From a virus (lineage: Duplodnaviria; Caudoviricetes): a DNA stretch of 51,655 nucleotides. The stretch spans positions 1 through 51,655 of the IMG/VR virus record IMGVR_UViG_3300030104_001604; one strand, written 5' to 3'. Under the pieces are notes generated by a model that saw nothing but the letters and a program-made list of their open reading frames with translations, searched no databases and was not told the origin of the DNA. Below are positions 9,313 to 18,688 of this stretch, piece by piece; the first letter of the stretch is position 1, and each line of letters starts with the position of its first letter. A program made the translations under genes and the position numbers.

Positions 9313-10101
9313 ATGATTAAAAAATTATTTACAGCATTATGCTTTGTAGTCTTAACAGGCTGTCAAACTGCTGGGATGGAGTACTATCAAGCTGTAGAGA
9401 ATGTAGCGATTGCTCAAGCACAAGCACAACAAGCTAAGTCAGAAGCTCTGGCACAAATAGCTGCATCAGGTGATAACAGTGCAGCAGGGTCAGCAGTTAT
9501 GGCTTTAGCCCTCATGCAAGCACCTCATACACAGGTTATACCACAACAATCGGTAGCTCTTGAGTGGACGAAGGCCGTCCTCCCGGTTGCCGGAAGCCTT
9601 GGAAGCATGTGGATCAGCTCAGATGCTCAGAAGAGTACAGCTAGGTATGCTATGCAATCTAACTTAGCCAGGATTCAACAAGACGGTCAAAAAACTACAG
9701 CTCTTTATAACATGTTAGGTAATAACAGCGACAACATGTTGAACTTAGGATTAGGATCTTATGATGCTATCAATGTAGCAGGTCAACAGTCTGTTGATTT
9801 AGGACTTGGACTAGGACTAGCAAGTATAAATAGTGTGTCAGGTAGTACAGATAATTCTGCTGTACTAGATGCTTTAGGCAACCTACAGTTTCCTAATTAT
9901 ACTAGTAATTTTCAAGGTATTCTTGATGCAATTGGTAACATTTCAATTCCTAACTATGATTCTCAATTAGATGCGATACTAACACAAATAAATAATTCTA
10001 ATACTGTTTGGGTTGCTGGAGTTAATTGTGTAAATAATACATCTTCTGGTGTAATTGGAGTAGGGGGTATCAATACATCTTTACCAGTGTGTCCAAACTG
10101 A
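9313..10101 (+). CDS. Lipoprotein with low-complexity repeats
   Basis: Signal peptide with lipobox LTGC; SD gagga. Confidence 0.7.
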   Translation: MIKKLFTALCFVVLTGCQTAGMEYYQAVENVAIAQAQAQQAKSEALAQIAASGDNSAAGSAVMALALMQAPHTQVIPQQSVALEWTKAVLPVAGSLGSMWISSDAQKSTARYAMQSNLARIQQDGQKTTALYNMLGNNSDNMLNLGLGSYDAINVAGQQSVDLGLGLGLASINSVSGSTDNSAVLDALGNLQFPNYTSNFQGILDAIGNISIPNYDSQLDAILTQINNSNTVWVAGVNCVNNTSSGVIGVGGINTSLPVCPN

Positions 10102-10183
10102 GTGGGTTCATATTTTGTATCTGTTACAAATCCAAAGAAACGCTTAAAAGAATTTAAGCGAAAGAAAAAAAGGAGCAAATAGT

Positions 10184-10657
10184 GTGGAGCCGATTGCATT
10201 ATTATCAATGGCTACGACTGCCTTTAAAGGTGTCCAGACTCTTGTGCAACGTGGACGAGAGATTGAAGATGTCGCTCAACATCTAGGTAGATGGTATGGT
10301 TATGTAGCTGATATCAATGAGGCTCAAAGAGAATCTGAAAAGCCTCCTATATTTAGAAAACTATTAGACAAAGGATCAGTAGAACAAGAAGCTCTGAATG
10401 CAATCATCGTAAAGAAAAAAATTGAACAGCAAGAAAGAGAGATACGAGATCTAATCGTTGTTGTATACGGAATTGAAACGTATCGTGAAATGATACAGAT
10501 GCGTAAAGATATAAGATCTAAACGAGAAAGATTAGTTTATAAACAAAAAAGGCGCAGACGTTCAATACTAGATGGTATTGTTATAGTGATTGGACTAACT
10601 ACATGCGTTGGAATTGTTTATGGTTTCTATGAGCTGTTAATGAACTATGCTAAGTAG
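10184..10657 (+). CDS. Coiled-coil protein with a C-terminal TM anchor; last gene of the plus arm
   Basis: GTG start, SD aggag; stop overlaps the convergent ORF. Confidence 0.7.
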   Translation: MEPIALLSMATTAFKGVQTLVQRGREIEDVAQHLGRWYGYVADINEAQRESEKPPIFRKLLDKGSVEQEALNAIIVKKKIEQQEREIRDLIVVVYGIETYREMIQMRKDIRSKRERLVYKQKRRRRSILDGIVIVIGLTTCVGIVYGFYELLMNYAK

Positions 10658-10880
10658 GTTGCACAAAAGAACTTAATTCATTTTCAAAGTATTCGTGCAG
10701 TCCTCCTAATTTTATTTCTGCTTCAGTCAATAGTTTTTTAATTAAAAGTAATTCATTATCTTTAAAGACTTTGTTAGCTTCGTGAGAAGGAACAATACTG
10801 AACTCTGTCATTACTGTTCCTTTTGAGTTAACAAAAATTTTAAAGGACGCTAGATTACCTTCTGTCTTGCTTTGTTTCAT
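10650..10880 (-). CDS. Hypothetical protein (start revised to MKQSK)
   Basis: SD agga upstream of ATG 10880; upstream stretch is occupied by another ORF. Confidence 0.55.
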   Translation of the reverse strand: MKQSKTEGNLASFKIFVNSKGTVMTEFSIVPSHEANKVFKDNELLLIKKLLTEAEIKLGGLHEYFENELSSFVQPT

Positions 10881-10983
10881 TCTTTTTTTTATCCTTGTGG
10901 TGATTGTTATGTTTGAAAGTATCTTTCTTTTTCTTATTAAATTTTTTACGCCTTTCATCTTTGCGATTGTAATAATCTGTCAT
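10855..10983 (-). CDS. Small basic protein (42 aa), not in ORF track
   Basis: MTDYYNRKDERRKKFNKKKK...; SD aaggt. Confidence 0.5.
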   Translation of the reverse strand: MTDYYNRKDERRKKFNKKKKDTFKHNNHHKDKKKNETKQDRR

Positions 10984-11001
10984 AGCTATTACCTTACCTT
11001 C

Positions 11002-11469
11002 TTACTTGTAAAAAATATGTTTCTCTATTTGTACGGTTTGTGTTTGCGCTACAGCCCAATACGGACTAACATAATTCGCATGGTAATATAACGCCCCATT
11101 AGTTATATCTCTGGATGGAGTATGTCTTACTAGTCCTTCAGCTAATGTCCAAGCTAGTATCCAGGCTTTTGAATCTGCTACATGTTCTGGTTCACCATCA
11201 CAGTAAAAACTAAACTGACATTTATATTTTATAAGTTGTCCTTTTTCATCTCGCCACGCTTGTTGTGTTACTCCACATAATGTACTAGGAAACTGTGGAC
11301 TTTTAACTCTGTTAAGAGCTACCAAACCTACTGCATATTGTCCTTCTACTGGTTCTGATCGAGCTTCAAAGTAAATTGTTTGGGCAAGACAATTAATTTC
11401 TGTTTGTTCCGTGTCTGCAAAAGATATACCTGAACATATAAATAATAAAACAATAAATAATTTTGTCAT
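11002..11469 (-). CDS. Cell wall hydrolase, SleB/Hydrolase_2 family, with signal peptide
   Basis: CLA..IYFEARSE, V.LNRV....FP...CGV, CQFSFYCDG, YHA.YV.P.W, HIFY. Confidence 0.9.
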   Translation of the reverse strand: MTKLFIVLLFICSGISFADTEQTEINCLAQTIYFEARSEPVEGQYAVGLVALNRVKSPQFPSTLCGVTQQAWRDEKGQLIKYKCQFSFYCDGEPEHVADSKAWILAWTLAEGLVRHTPSRDITNGALYYHANYVSPYWAVAQTQTVQIEKHIFYK

Positions 11470-11840
11470 GTTGTATCCTCAATATCGGAAATCATTCTAG
11501 TGAGATACCATTGAGCTTTTTTTAAATCTTGTAAGCCGTCTTTGTATTCCCACCTATGGAGATATTTATAGACGTTGCCTACTAAATAATATTTAAAACC
11601 TTCAGACAATTGTTGTTCGATATAGTCTATTGCTTCTACACCTCCTTTATTGTAATGAGGAGGATGGTTTACAGCATCTTCTTTTGGAAACATTTGTTTA
11701 TCTAAAAAACTATCATTAGGATGATACAAACTACCAGTAAGGGTTTTTGATTTTTGTTCAGTCATTAAACAGTCCTCTTTTTTATCTGGCCCACGAAACA
11801 AACGATCCCAATCTTCTGGTGTTGCTTTATTAATACTCAT
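11466..11840 (-). CDS. DUF3310 protein (T7 gp1.7-like nucleotide kinase)
   Basis: VNHPPHY, EAIDYI, GN..KY..RW..K....DL.KA.WYL; start probably MSINK. Confidence 0.85.
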   Translation of the reverse strand: MSINKATPEDWDRLFRGPDKKEDCLMTEQKSKTLTGSLYHPNDSFLDKQMFPKEDAVNHPPHYNKGGVEAIDYIEQQLSEGFKYYLVGNVYKYLHRWEYKDGLQDLKKAQWYLTRMISDIEDTT

Positions 11841-11922
11841 ATAGTAGGTAACACAATAGATGTTAACCACAAGCTTAAACCAATCAAAGCTATACCTAGT
11901 GCAAGTTTATTATGAAATTTCA

Positions 11923-12411
11923 TTACTCTATTTCCTTTAAGTTATTTTGAGATACTTCTTTAAATTCTTTACTGTTGCGATAGCGTTTGTCTATCCATGT
12001 GTCTGGTAATGTTTCTTCAGAAAACCATCTAAATCCATGTGACTCTGCCCATTCTGCATGACTTCGTTTAGTACCATCTTTTCTACGTTTAGCCTGTGGC
12101 ATAGCTGCAGAGGGGTTAGCAAATAAGAATACAAGTTCTGTATCATCTGGTAGAACTTTGTTTATCCAAATGTATTTGCTGTATTCTGCATAGTCCCAAA
12201 ATCTTCCTTTAGCTTCTAATAAAACAGTATGTCCATCAACTTCTAACACAAAGTCAGGATGATAAACATGTTCTACAATGTAAGGTACTGTGCCTTCGTG
12301 ATGTGTCCAGGCTTTAAGTAACCCCATATGTAATTCATATTCCCAATTAGAATCATAACCTTCTACATTTACTTTTTCTATTGGTCTTTTTTTCCTTGGC
12401 AATCTTTTCAA
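11923..12411 (-). CDS. Endonuclease I-like (T7 gp3) resolvase
   Basis: YDSNWE, YHPDF, EAKGRF, WAE.HGF. Confidence 0.8.
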   Translation of the reverse strand: MKRLPRKKRPIEKVNVEGYDSNWEYELHMGLLKAWTHHEGTVPYIVEHVYHPDFVLEVDGHTVLLEAKGRFWDYAEYSKYIWINKVLPDDTELVFLFANPSAAMPQAKRRKDGTKRSHAEWAESHGFRWFSEETLPDTWIDKRYRNSKEFKEVSQNNLKEIE

Positions 12412-12608
12412 TGTTTTGTTCCTTGTCGAGCTTCAAGCTCATTAACTAAAAGATTATGTAAATGTATAAGAATATCATCATCAACAGCATTAAGATCTCC
12501 CTCGTTATTATACAAATCTTTACCTAAAATAATAAGAAAAATACTTAAAGGTAAATTTTCATCTTGGCTATCTAACTGTAATAACATGTGGTTTAATATC
12601 TTCTTCAT
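12408..12608 (-). CDS. Hypothetical protein
   Basis: ORF coupled within the operon. Confidence 0.55.
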   Translation of the reverse strand: MKKILNHMLLQLDSQDENLPLSIFLIILGKDLYNNEGDLNAVDDDILIHLHNLLVNELEARQGTKH

Positions 12609-12861
12609 AAGTATAGGTATCTATTGGACGATTAGGTTGCAAGGCAGTTAAATGTTTTAGTTTTTTTACTGTCCATTTAAAAGAGAAAGCACTTAAAAAT
12701 GTAGTGCGTCCATGTGTAATGTGCGTTTGTTTTGGAAGCAACGATAACAACTTATCATCTGTTAACTCTTCTTTATCTTCTTCATTGAGCAATGTTAGTA
12801 ACCACTCTTTAAGAATAACTAAAGCTTGCTTCCTAATTTTTTTTATTTTCTTTCTGTTCAT
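12568..12861 (-). CDS. Hypothetical protein
   Basis: ORF coupled within the operon. Confidence 0.6.
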   Translation of the reverse strand: MNRKKIKKIRKQALVILKEWLLTLLNEEDKEELTDDKLLSLLPKQTHITHGRTTFLSAFSFKWTVKKLKHLTALQPNRPIDTYTYEEDIKPHVITVR

Positions 12862-13718
12862 GGAGAAATCTCTAGTACATTGGGTGTAGCTGCAACACGA
12901 GTTAAGTATGTCGGCCCTTTAGCGTATTGAAATACACGTAGTCCTTGTCCATTGTTTGCATCTTTAAAACAATCAAACTTGTAAGCACAATAGGTACAGT
13001 TCCTGTGGAGTTTCATATTTCCTTTCTTTCCTTCAGGTACTGGTTGGTAGCAAAGAGGGGGTTTATCTTCTGAGTCAAGAGCTTTTTGCAAGTTACTAAT
13101 TTTAGCAGGTATGTTAACTTTGTCAAGTTCATCTGGTTGGTATAAACATAACTGTCCTGTTTCTTTATTGATAACCAAGAAACCTCCTTCTGTTGTGCCT
13201 TCAGCTTCTTCATAGCCTGACAGTTGAGCAATGTACCCAAAGGTATCATCATCTCGTAGTGTACCTTCACTGAACTTCTTGTAAGCATAGTTTGATGCAG
13301 TCTTAATATCTACAATCTCACCATCAATCTTACAGTCTATGTGTCCTTGAACACCTGATACTTCTACTTGCTTTTGCTCATCAGTTACTACATGCCCTGA
13401 TAACTTAGCAAACAAGATTAGTATTTCTTCTAACATATGTCCATAAAGAAACTTTATCATAGTGCTTTCAAGCATCTTATTATTGGCAGAAGTATTGCGT
13501 CTATCAAACCACAAGAACCTAGCTGGTCTACCTATATTCGACATTCGTAAATTAAACTGACTATTACGTTCTCCCGGTCTAGCCCATTGTCTCAATGCAT
13601 TTTTAATGGACTCTCCGAACTCCTCAATCTGTTCATCAGTAATTGCTATGGCTTCTCCCTTGGTTAAAGGATTCAAAGCTGCATAGATGTCTTTAACTAA
13701 TGTGCTAAGATTTTTCAT
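12858..13718 (-). CDS. PD-(D/E)XK (Cas4/RecB-like) exonuclease
   Basis: MSNIG, GHID..IDG..VDIKT, Y..QL..Y, C-terminal CxxC-x5-C. Confidence 0.8.
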   Translation of the reverse strand: MKNLSTLVKDIYAALNPLTKGEAIAITDEQIEEFGESIKNALRQWARPGERNSQFNLRMSNIGRPARFLWFDRRNTSANNKMLESTMIKFLYGHMLEEILILFAKLSGHVVTDEQKQVEVSGVQGHIDCKIDGEIVDIKTASNYAYKKFSEGTLRDDDTFGYIAQLSGYEEAEGTTEGGFLVINKETGQLCLYQPDELDKVNIPAKISNLQKALDSEDKPPLCYQPVPEGKKGNMKLHRNCTYCAYKFDCFKDANNGQGLRVFQYAKGPTYLTRVAATPNVLEISP

Positions 13719-14172
13719 TATGTTCCCTCAAGTATTGTATAGCTCTTTCTAATCTTTCTATACTATCATTAAAGTTACCTAAAGCTCTATTACATTTTTG
13801 ACAGAGCCAACCTCTAAAGGTGTTGTTTATATGGTCATGGTCAAGTACCCACGTTCCATATTGTTTTCCATTGTGTTTAATACCTTCTGCTTCATCTTTA
13901 TCCATCAGACATATAGGGCAACGATGATCTTCTTTTGCAGGTTCTGTTATAAGACGTAATTCGTTTCTAATTTTTCCAAGTTCATTTGAACATGGTTTAC
14001 ATTCTGTTCTTCGATATCCTCCTGCTCTTTCATGAGGAGAAAACATATCAATAGGTAGCTCTTGTAGACACTTAATACACTTGCGGTATTCTACATCTGG
14101 TATGCGTTGTTCTTTAAGCTCTTCAAATAATTCAGATTGCTTAGTGGGTTTCTGACCAGTTGTTTCCGACAT
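13705..14172 (-). CDS. Endonuclease VII-family (HNH-like) nuclease with an N-terminal Zn finger
   Basis: CIKC/CKPC, CPIC, LDHDH...RGWLC..CN..LG...D. Confidence 0.85.
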   Translation of the reverse strand: MSETTGQKPTKQSELFEELKEQRIPDVEYRKCIKCLQELPIDMFSPHERAGGYRRTECKPCSNELGKIRNELRLITEPAKEDHRCPICLMDKDEAEGIKHNGKQYGTWVLDHDHINNTFRGWLCQKCNRALGNFNDSIERLERAIQYLREHNEKS

Positions 14173-15895
14173 TGAACTCTCCTGTTAACGGACATTTAAG
14201 TTGTAATGTTTCACCAGCCTCTTCAATAGCCTGGACACCTAGTCTACCTACTTCATTTGCAATATCTTCTTGCACTTCAAGTTGCCATTCGTCATGTATG
14301 TTACCAACAAAGTGAGCATCAAGTCCTTGCTCTTGTATCTTTGCATTGAATAACACAAGAGCTTCTTTCATTACAATAGAGCCAGCCGATTGCAACAAAG
14401 AATTTAAAGCAGCATGTTCACTACGAATAGTAACCTTTCTACCATCTAATCCTTTGATGAAACCTTTTCTAGCCGCTCCTTGGACTCTGTTTCTAAGATG
14501 TTCAAATGATGGGAGATTAGTAAAGATAGATTCTCTAATTCTTTTACCATCTTTCTGGCTTCCTCCAACCACTTGACCAAGTTTTGAATCTCCAGCTCCG
14601 TAGATGATGGCATAAATGATACTTTTTGCCGTATTTCTTGATTCAAGTCTCGCAGCTTTTTGATTAACGGTGTGTATGTCTCCATTGAGAATTTCATTTG
14701 TAAACCCCTCATCATTCATATAGTGTGCAAGCATACGTAGTTCTAATCCACTAGCATCAATGCCCACTAATTTATATCCTTCTGGAACAATCCAACAAGC
14801 TCTACACTCTGTGCCGTATTGAGACTTTGAGCTAGGAACTTGAGCTAAGTTAGGATCTCTATGTGTCATCCGTCCAGTAATTGTACCGTTAGGATTTACA
14901 AAGCCGTGTACTCGATTGTCCTCTTTAAGATTCTTAAACCAGGAATTAATCTGAGCTATACGTTTCTGTAACATCAGATACTCTGCAATCATCTGAGCCT
15001 GTGGAATATCTTTTATCTTACTAAGTATTCCTTCATCCACAATTGGTTGACCAGTAGGTGTAAACTTCTCAGGAGTCCATCCATGCTCTTGTAGGTACTC
15101 GCCTATTTGTTTACGACTGCCTAGATTGAATTCTTTTTCATTGGTACGTACAACTATTTTCTCACCAGCTTCTAACTGCTGATACTCTTCAGTAGTTAAA
15201 CGTACTTTCTTTTCTGGACTGACACAACCCATTTTAGATAACGCACCTGTCTTAGTTCTGAAAGGATATATCTTAATGATTTCAATTTTAGATTGAAAAT
15301 CTTCTTGTACATCACTTTCAACTTGAGCTAATCTTTCCTGCAACATTGATAAAAGTTTTGAAGCTGCTTCCACATCAAACATAAACCCACGCTCTCGTTG
15401 ACTGTGTAAAATCTTAGCCACCTCTGTCTCTAAAGCAATAGACTTTTTACTGAAGCCTTTCGCTTCTTGTCTCAAGGCATGAAAGACTTTAGCATTCAGC
15501 AAAACGTCTTGCTCACAATAGTCTAGCATCTCTGCACTATACTTACTAAACTCTTCAAAGTCTCCCTTGGGTGTGTTTAATCTATAACCCCAACTCTCAA
15601 GCCCATGATTCCCTTCACGTACCGGGTTGAACAGACGAGACAAAACAAGTGTATCTAACACAGTCTTGTCAGATAGATCAACACCTGTAAGTTTCTTGAT
15701 AACAGGTATGTCATATCCAATGATGTTATGACCTATCAATCTGTCATAAGACTTCAACAACTTCCAAGCATCATCAAGCTGTCCAGGCCCATAAACATAT
15801 TGTTGCTTAGTATCAACATCGACTGCTGCCATACACCATATCTTTGTAGCATCAATGTCATTGGCTTCAATGTCAAAGACTAAAGATTTTTTCAT
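14141..15895 (-). CDS. DNA polymerase, family A (T7 gp5-like) with 3'-5' exonuclease
   Basis: FDIE, GHNIIGYD, TGR, DASGLELR, R..AK...Y...YG, HDE. Confidence 0.95.
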   Translation of the reverse strand: MKKSLVFDIEANDIDATKIWCMAAVDVDTKQQYVYGPGQLDDAWKLLKSYDRLIGHNIIGYDIPVIKKLTGVDLSDKTVLDTLVLSRLFNPVREGNHGLESWGYRLNTPKGDFEEFSKYSAEMLDYCEQDVLLNAKVFHALRQEAKGFSKKSIALETEVAKILHSQRERGFMFDVEAASKLLSMLQERLAQVESDVQEDFQSKIEIIKIYPFRTKTGALSKMGCVSPEKKVRLTTEEYQQLEAGEKIVVRTNEKEFNLGSRKQIGEYLQEHGWTPEKFTPTGQPIVDEGILSKIKDIPQAQMIAEYLMLQKRIAQINSWFKNLKEDNRVHGFVNPNGTITGRMTHRDPNLAQVPSSKSQYGTECRACWIVPEGYKLVGIDASGLELRMLAHYMNDEGFTNEILNGDIHTVNQKAARLESRNTAKSIIYAIIYGAGDSKLGQVVGGSQKDGKRIRESIFTNLPSFEHLRNRVQGAARKGFIKGLDGRKVTIRSEHAALNSLLQSAGSIVMKEALVLFNAKIQEQGLDAHFVGNIHDEWQLEVQEDIANEVGRLGVQAIEEAGETLQLKCPLTGEFNVGNNWSETH

Positions 15896-17538
15896 ATGTC
15901 TTCTCCTAATAATTCATCTGCTACATCAAGCTCAACTTCAGATAATCTACCAGTGGTTTTGTCGTAAAGCAAACTAGTAGCCAAGCCTACATCACCTGAG
16001 TACCGACACTTTAGGACACGTATCTTACTGGTATTCGCCTCAATAGGACAGTCAGCTTGTTGGTTTCTCTCTATTGAAACAACCGTATCACTAACTTGTG
16101 CTATGCTCTGAGAACCTCGCAAGTGAGATAGACTTGTCTCTATACCATTCTCGTGTCCTCGATTGCCATCTACTCTGCGTAAATGTGATACAAGAATTAG
16201 ACCAGCATGTGTTTCTTCTACAATTTCTCGTAGTCTGCCCATAATGAAATCAATACCTTGTCGTTCATCACCATCTAAAACAGACAACACAAGCATGTGT
16301 AGGTGATCAAGAACAATCCATTTACAACCACAACCCACAATCATAAAGCGTAACTTACTAAACAGCTCATCAATATTATGTAGTCCTAGATGCGAATGAA
16401 TCCATACTCTGTCTTTGTTCTTACCCATGAACACTTTATCATACATGACATTGAGTTCGTCCTTGGAGTACATCTCACGTTCTTGCTCGATATGTAGCCT
16501 AGTGTTAGCCTCGATAGACAATATGCCATCTACTGTTCTGTGCCAATCTTCTTCTAGGGCAATCACACCTACATTGTCTTCAGTCTGAGTGATTAACCAA
16601 TGACTTAGTTCCCTTGTGACACTCGACTTACCAAGTCCTGTACCACCTGTGAAGGTAATCAGTTCTCCTTGTCTCAAGCCATAGATCTTATTGTTTAACC
16701 CCTCCCAAGGGAAAGGCAAGGATTCTTTGCGAGGTCTATCGTGATAATCTTCACGCTTATCCGACAAATTGTATACACCAGAAGGTGTGTAAGTCTTAGC
16801 TGCCCACCAAGCAGTAGTGTATAGCGTATGTTTGTTAGCCTGGAGTACATCGTTAGCATCTTTGAACTCATCAGGCAGTAACATTAATTTAGCTTTACCG
16901 GGACTCAACAGCCTTGCAACCTTCTTAGCTGCTTCCCTTCCTTGCTTGTCGCTATCGAAGTTTATGATTACGTTTTCAAAAGATTCTAGAAATTCCAAGT
17001 TCTGTTGTACATCTCTGACTGCACCTGATGCACCACTACGAATAGAAACGCAAGGCCACTTAGATCCAGTAAGTTCATAAGCAGCCATAGCATCACATTC
17101 ACCCTCAGTGAGCGTAATGTACTTGCCCTTAGATTTAAACAACTGTTGACCGAACAACCCTACATCTGTTGCTCGACCCTCCCAAGCAAAGTTCTTATCT
17201 CGCTTTCGGATCTTGTAGCCTACTAAATCATTCTCAATGTAGTAAGGATAACGATGACTATTTATATAGCCTTTGTCATTCTTGGTGACACGTACATTAT
17301 ATTGCTTTGCAGTCTCCAAAGAAATATTCCTATCCTTTAAAGCTGCAAACTCTCCTTCTGAAACATCCATGATGTGATTCTTCTGAGTCACAATAGTCTC
17401 CACATTATCTGAGTGGAACTTAGGAAAGAATGTAGAGCAACTAAAACATTTAGCACTCCCATCCTGGTTGATTGAAACAGCATCAGAGCTGTTACATTTG
17501 GGGCAAGGCTTGCGATGTGTTACGAAATGTGTATCCAT
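15892..17538 (-). CDS. Primase-helicase (T7 gp4-like)
   Basis: CPKC/CFSC Zn finger, EGECD and FDSD TOPRIM motifs, GGTGLGKS Walker A, LDH, LRGS. Confidence 0.95.
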   Translation of the reverse strand: MDTHFVTHRKPCPKCNSSDAVSINQDGSAKCFSCSTFFPKFHSDNVETIVTQKNHIMDVSEGEFAALKDRNISLETAKQYNVRVTKNDKGYINSHRYPYYIENDLVGYKIRKRDKNFAWEGRATDVGLFGQQLFKSKGKYITLTEGECDAMAAYELTGSKWPCVSIRSGASGAVRDVQQNLEFLESFENVIINFDSDKQGREAAKKVARLLSPGKAKLMLLPDEFKDANDVLQANKHTLYTTAWWAAKTYTPSGVYNLSDKREDYHDRPRKESLPFPWEGLNNKIYGLRQGELITFTGGTGLGKSSVTRELSHWLITQTEDNVGVIALEEDWHRTVDGILSIEANTRLHIEQEREMYSKDELNVMYDKVFMGKNKDRVWIHSHLGLHNIDELFSKLRFMIVGCGCKWIVLDHLHMLVLSVLDGDERQGIDFIMGRLREIVEETHAGLILVSHLRRVDGNRGHENGIETSLSHLRGSQSIAQVSDTVVSIERNQQADCPIEANTSKIRVLKCRYSGDVGLATSLLYDKTTGRLSEVELDVADELLGEDI

Positions 17539-17621
17539 GATTCACCTGTTTAAATAGGGTTGAACATCAATAAACAATTCCAAGACATGTAAACATATCT
17601 CGAAAGAGATTAAAGCATATA

Positions 17622-17646
17622 GAAAAACAAGGGGCTTATCGCCCCT
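17622..17646 (-). terminator. Rho-independent terminator after the SSB cluster
   Basis: Minus strand AGGGGC-GATAA-GCCCCT followed by TGTTTTTC. Confidence 0.65.
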
Positions 17647-17857
17647 CATCATCCTTCTGCTTATCCATGTTGGATAGTATTTGTTTAGAGAGATAGATTG
17701 AAGCAGCCTTCTTTATAGCTACATCAGATTCAAGCTGCTCAATTTCATTGGTGACTTTCATTATAAGCTTATAGCATTTTTGTGAATAGTCATCAAGCTC
17801 ACTAAACTTATACGAAGTATCGCCATGAGTAAAGGTTGGTTCTTCTTGCTCACTCAT
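17636..17857 (-). CDS. Hypothetical coiled-coil protein
   Basis: ORF coupled to the SSB gene. Confidence 0.6.
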   Translation of the reverse strand: MSEQEEPTFTHGDTSYKFSELDDYSQKCYKLIMKVTNEIEQLESDVAIKKAASIYLSKQILSNMDKQKDDEGR

Positions 17858-18291
17858 AGCTCATCCGTAGGATCAGAAGCTCCAACAAAGCCAAGCTCTT
17901 CTCCATCTAGAGCAGCTTCACCATACTCAACTAACTCTAACACTTGCACACATTGAAGATCAAGCCCTTTGAAAGTACCATACGAATTGGTAGTTTCCCA
18001 AGGACGATACTGTACTCGAACCCTTGACCCATTACCTACTTGAGCATCCAAAGGTTGCAAGTCCTGATCAATTAATTTTGGAGCTGGATTAGTACCACCA
18101 CCTTTCTTAGCGACCTTTCGCTTGATCACTAACGCTTGGCCTTCATCCATCTCCTTAACTGAATAGCCATCGGACTTGAACTTCTCAGCTACATCATCTG
18201 GTACAATCAGATTAGTAGAGTACACAGGTTCAAACTTCTTGTTAGGAGTGGTGATACTACTCCAATACGCAGTACCTTCTATTACTGCCAT
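17854..18291 (-). CDS. Single-stranded DNA-binding protein (T7 gp2.5/DUF2815-like)
   Basis: VGNGS.V.V, L..VQV..LVEY, acidic C-terminal tail. Confidence 0.8.
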   Translation of the reverse strand: MAVIEGTAYWSSITTPNKKFEPVYSTNLIVPDDVAEKFKSDGYSVKEMDEGQALVIKRKVAKKGGGTNPAPKLIDQDLQPLDAQVGNGSRVRVQYRPWETTNSYGTFKGLDLQCVQVLELVEYGEAALDGEELGFVGASDPTDEL

Positions 18292-18303
18292 AGTCTTTCT
18301 CCT

Positions 18304-18537
18304 CTATTGAACCTCGCCTGATGCGAGGGCTTCTACGAATTTAGGAATTGTTTCAAATACAGCAGTCTCAAATTCTTCTTGAGACAAAGATGAAACATCC
18401 CCACCTTTTAATTTAGTATAACAGAATGTCTGGAACAATTGCAACATGCTATGTTTACCCGGGGGATTGACACCCATACACATAACCCATGCCCTGACCC
18501 AAGCATCCTCGATCTTGATTGCTAGTTCATTATCCAT
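18304..18537 (-). CDS. Hypothetical protein
   Basis: ORF with SD gaggtgg. Confidence 0.6.
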   Translation of the reverse strand: MDNELAIKIEDAWVRAWVMCMGVNPPGKHSMLQLFQTFCYTKLKGGDVSSLSQEEFETAVFETIPKFVEALASGEVQ

Positions 18538-18688
18538 ATACCACCTCTATGTTATATTGAGCAGACCATCGTTGCTCTGTTTCATATTGGTAGGCATAAC
18601 CTTTAAGGTAGTCCTCAGACATACCAGACTTGCAAGGATTACCCTCCATACAATCTTCAACACCCTGTCTAAACTCTTCAGATTTCAC
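18530..18688 (-). CDS. Small protein (52 aa, GTG start), not in ORF track
   Basis: SD aggag; MKSEEFRQGVEDCMEGNPCKSGMSEDYLKGY...; fills the gap exactly. Confidence 0.55.
   Translation of the reverse strand: MKSEEFRQGVEDCMEGNPCKSGMSEDYLKGYAYQYETEQRWSAQYNIEVVYG

Noticed and set aside
12858-13718. Cas4 as evidence of a CRISPR system
   Set aside because: Solo PD-(D/E)XK nucleases are normal in phage replication modules; no array or cas1
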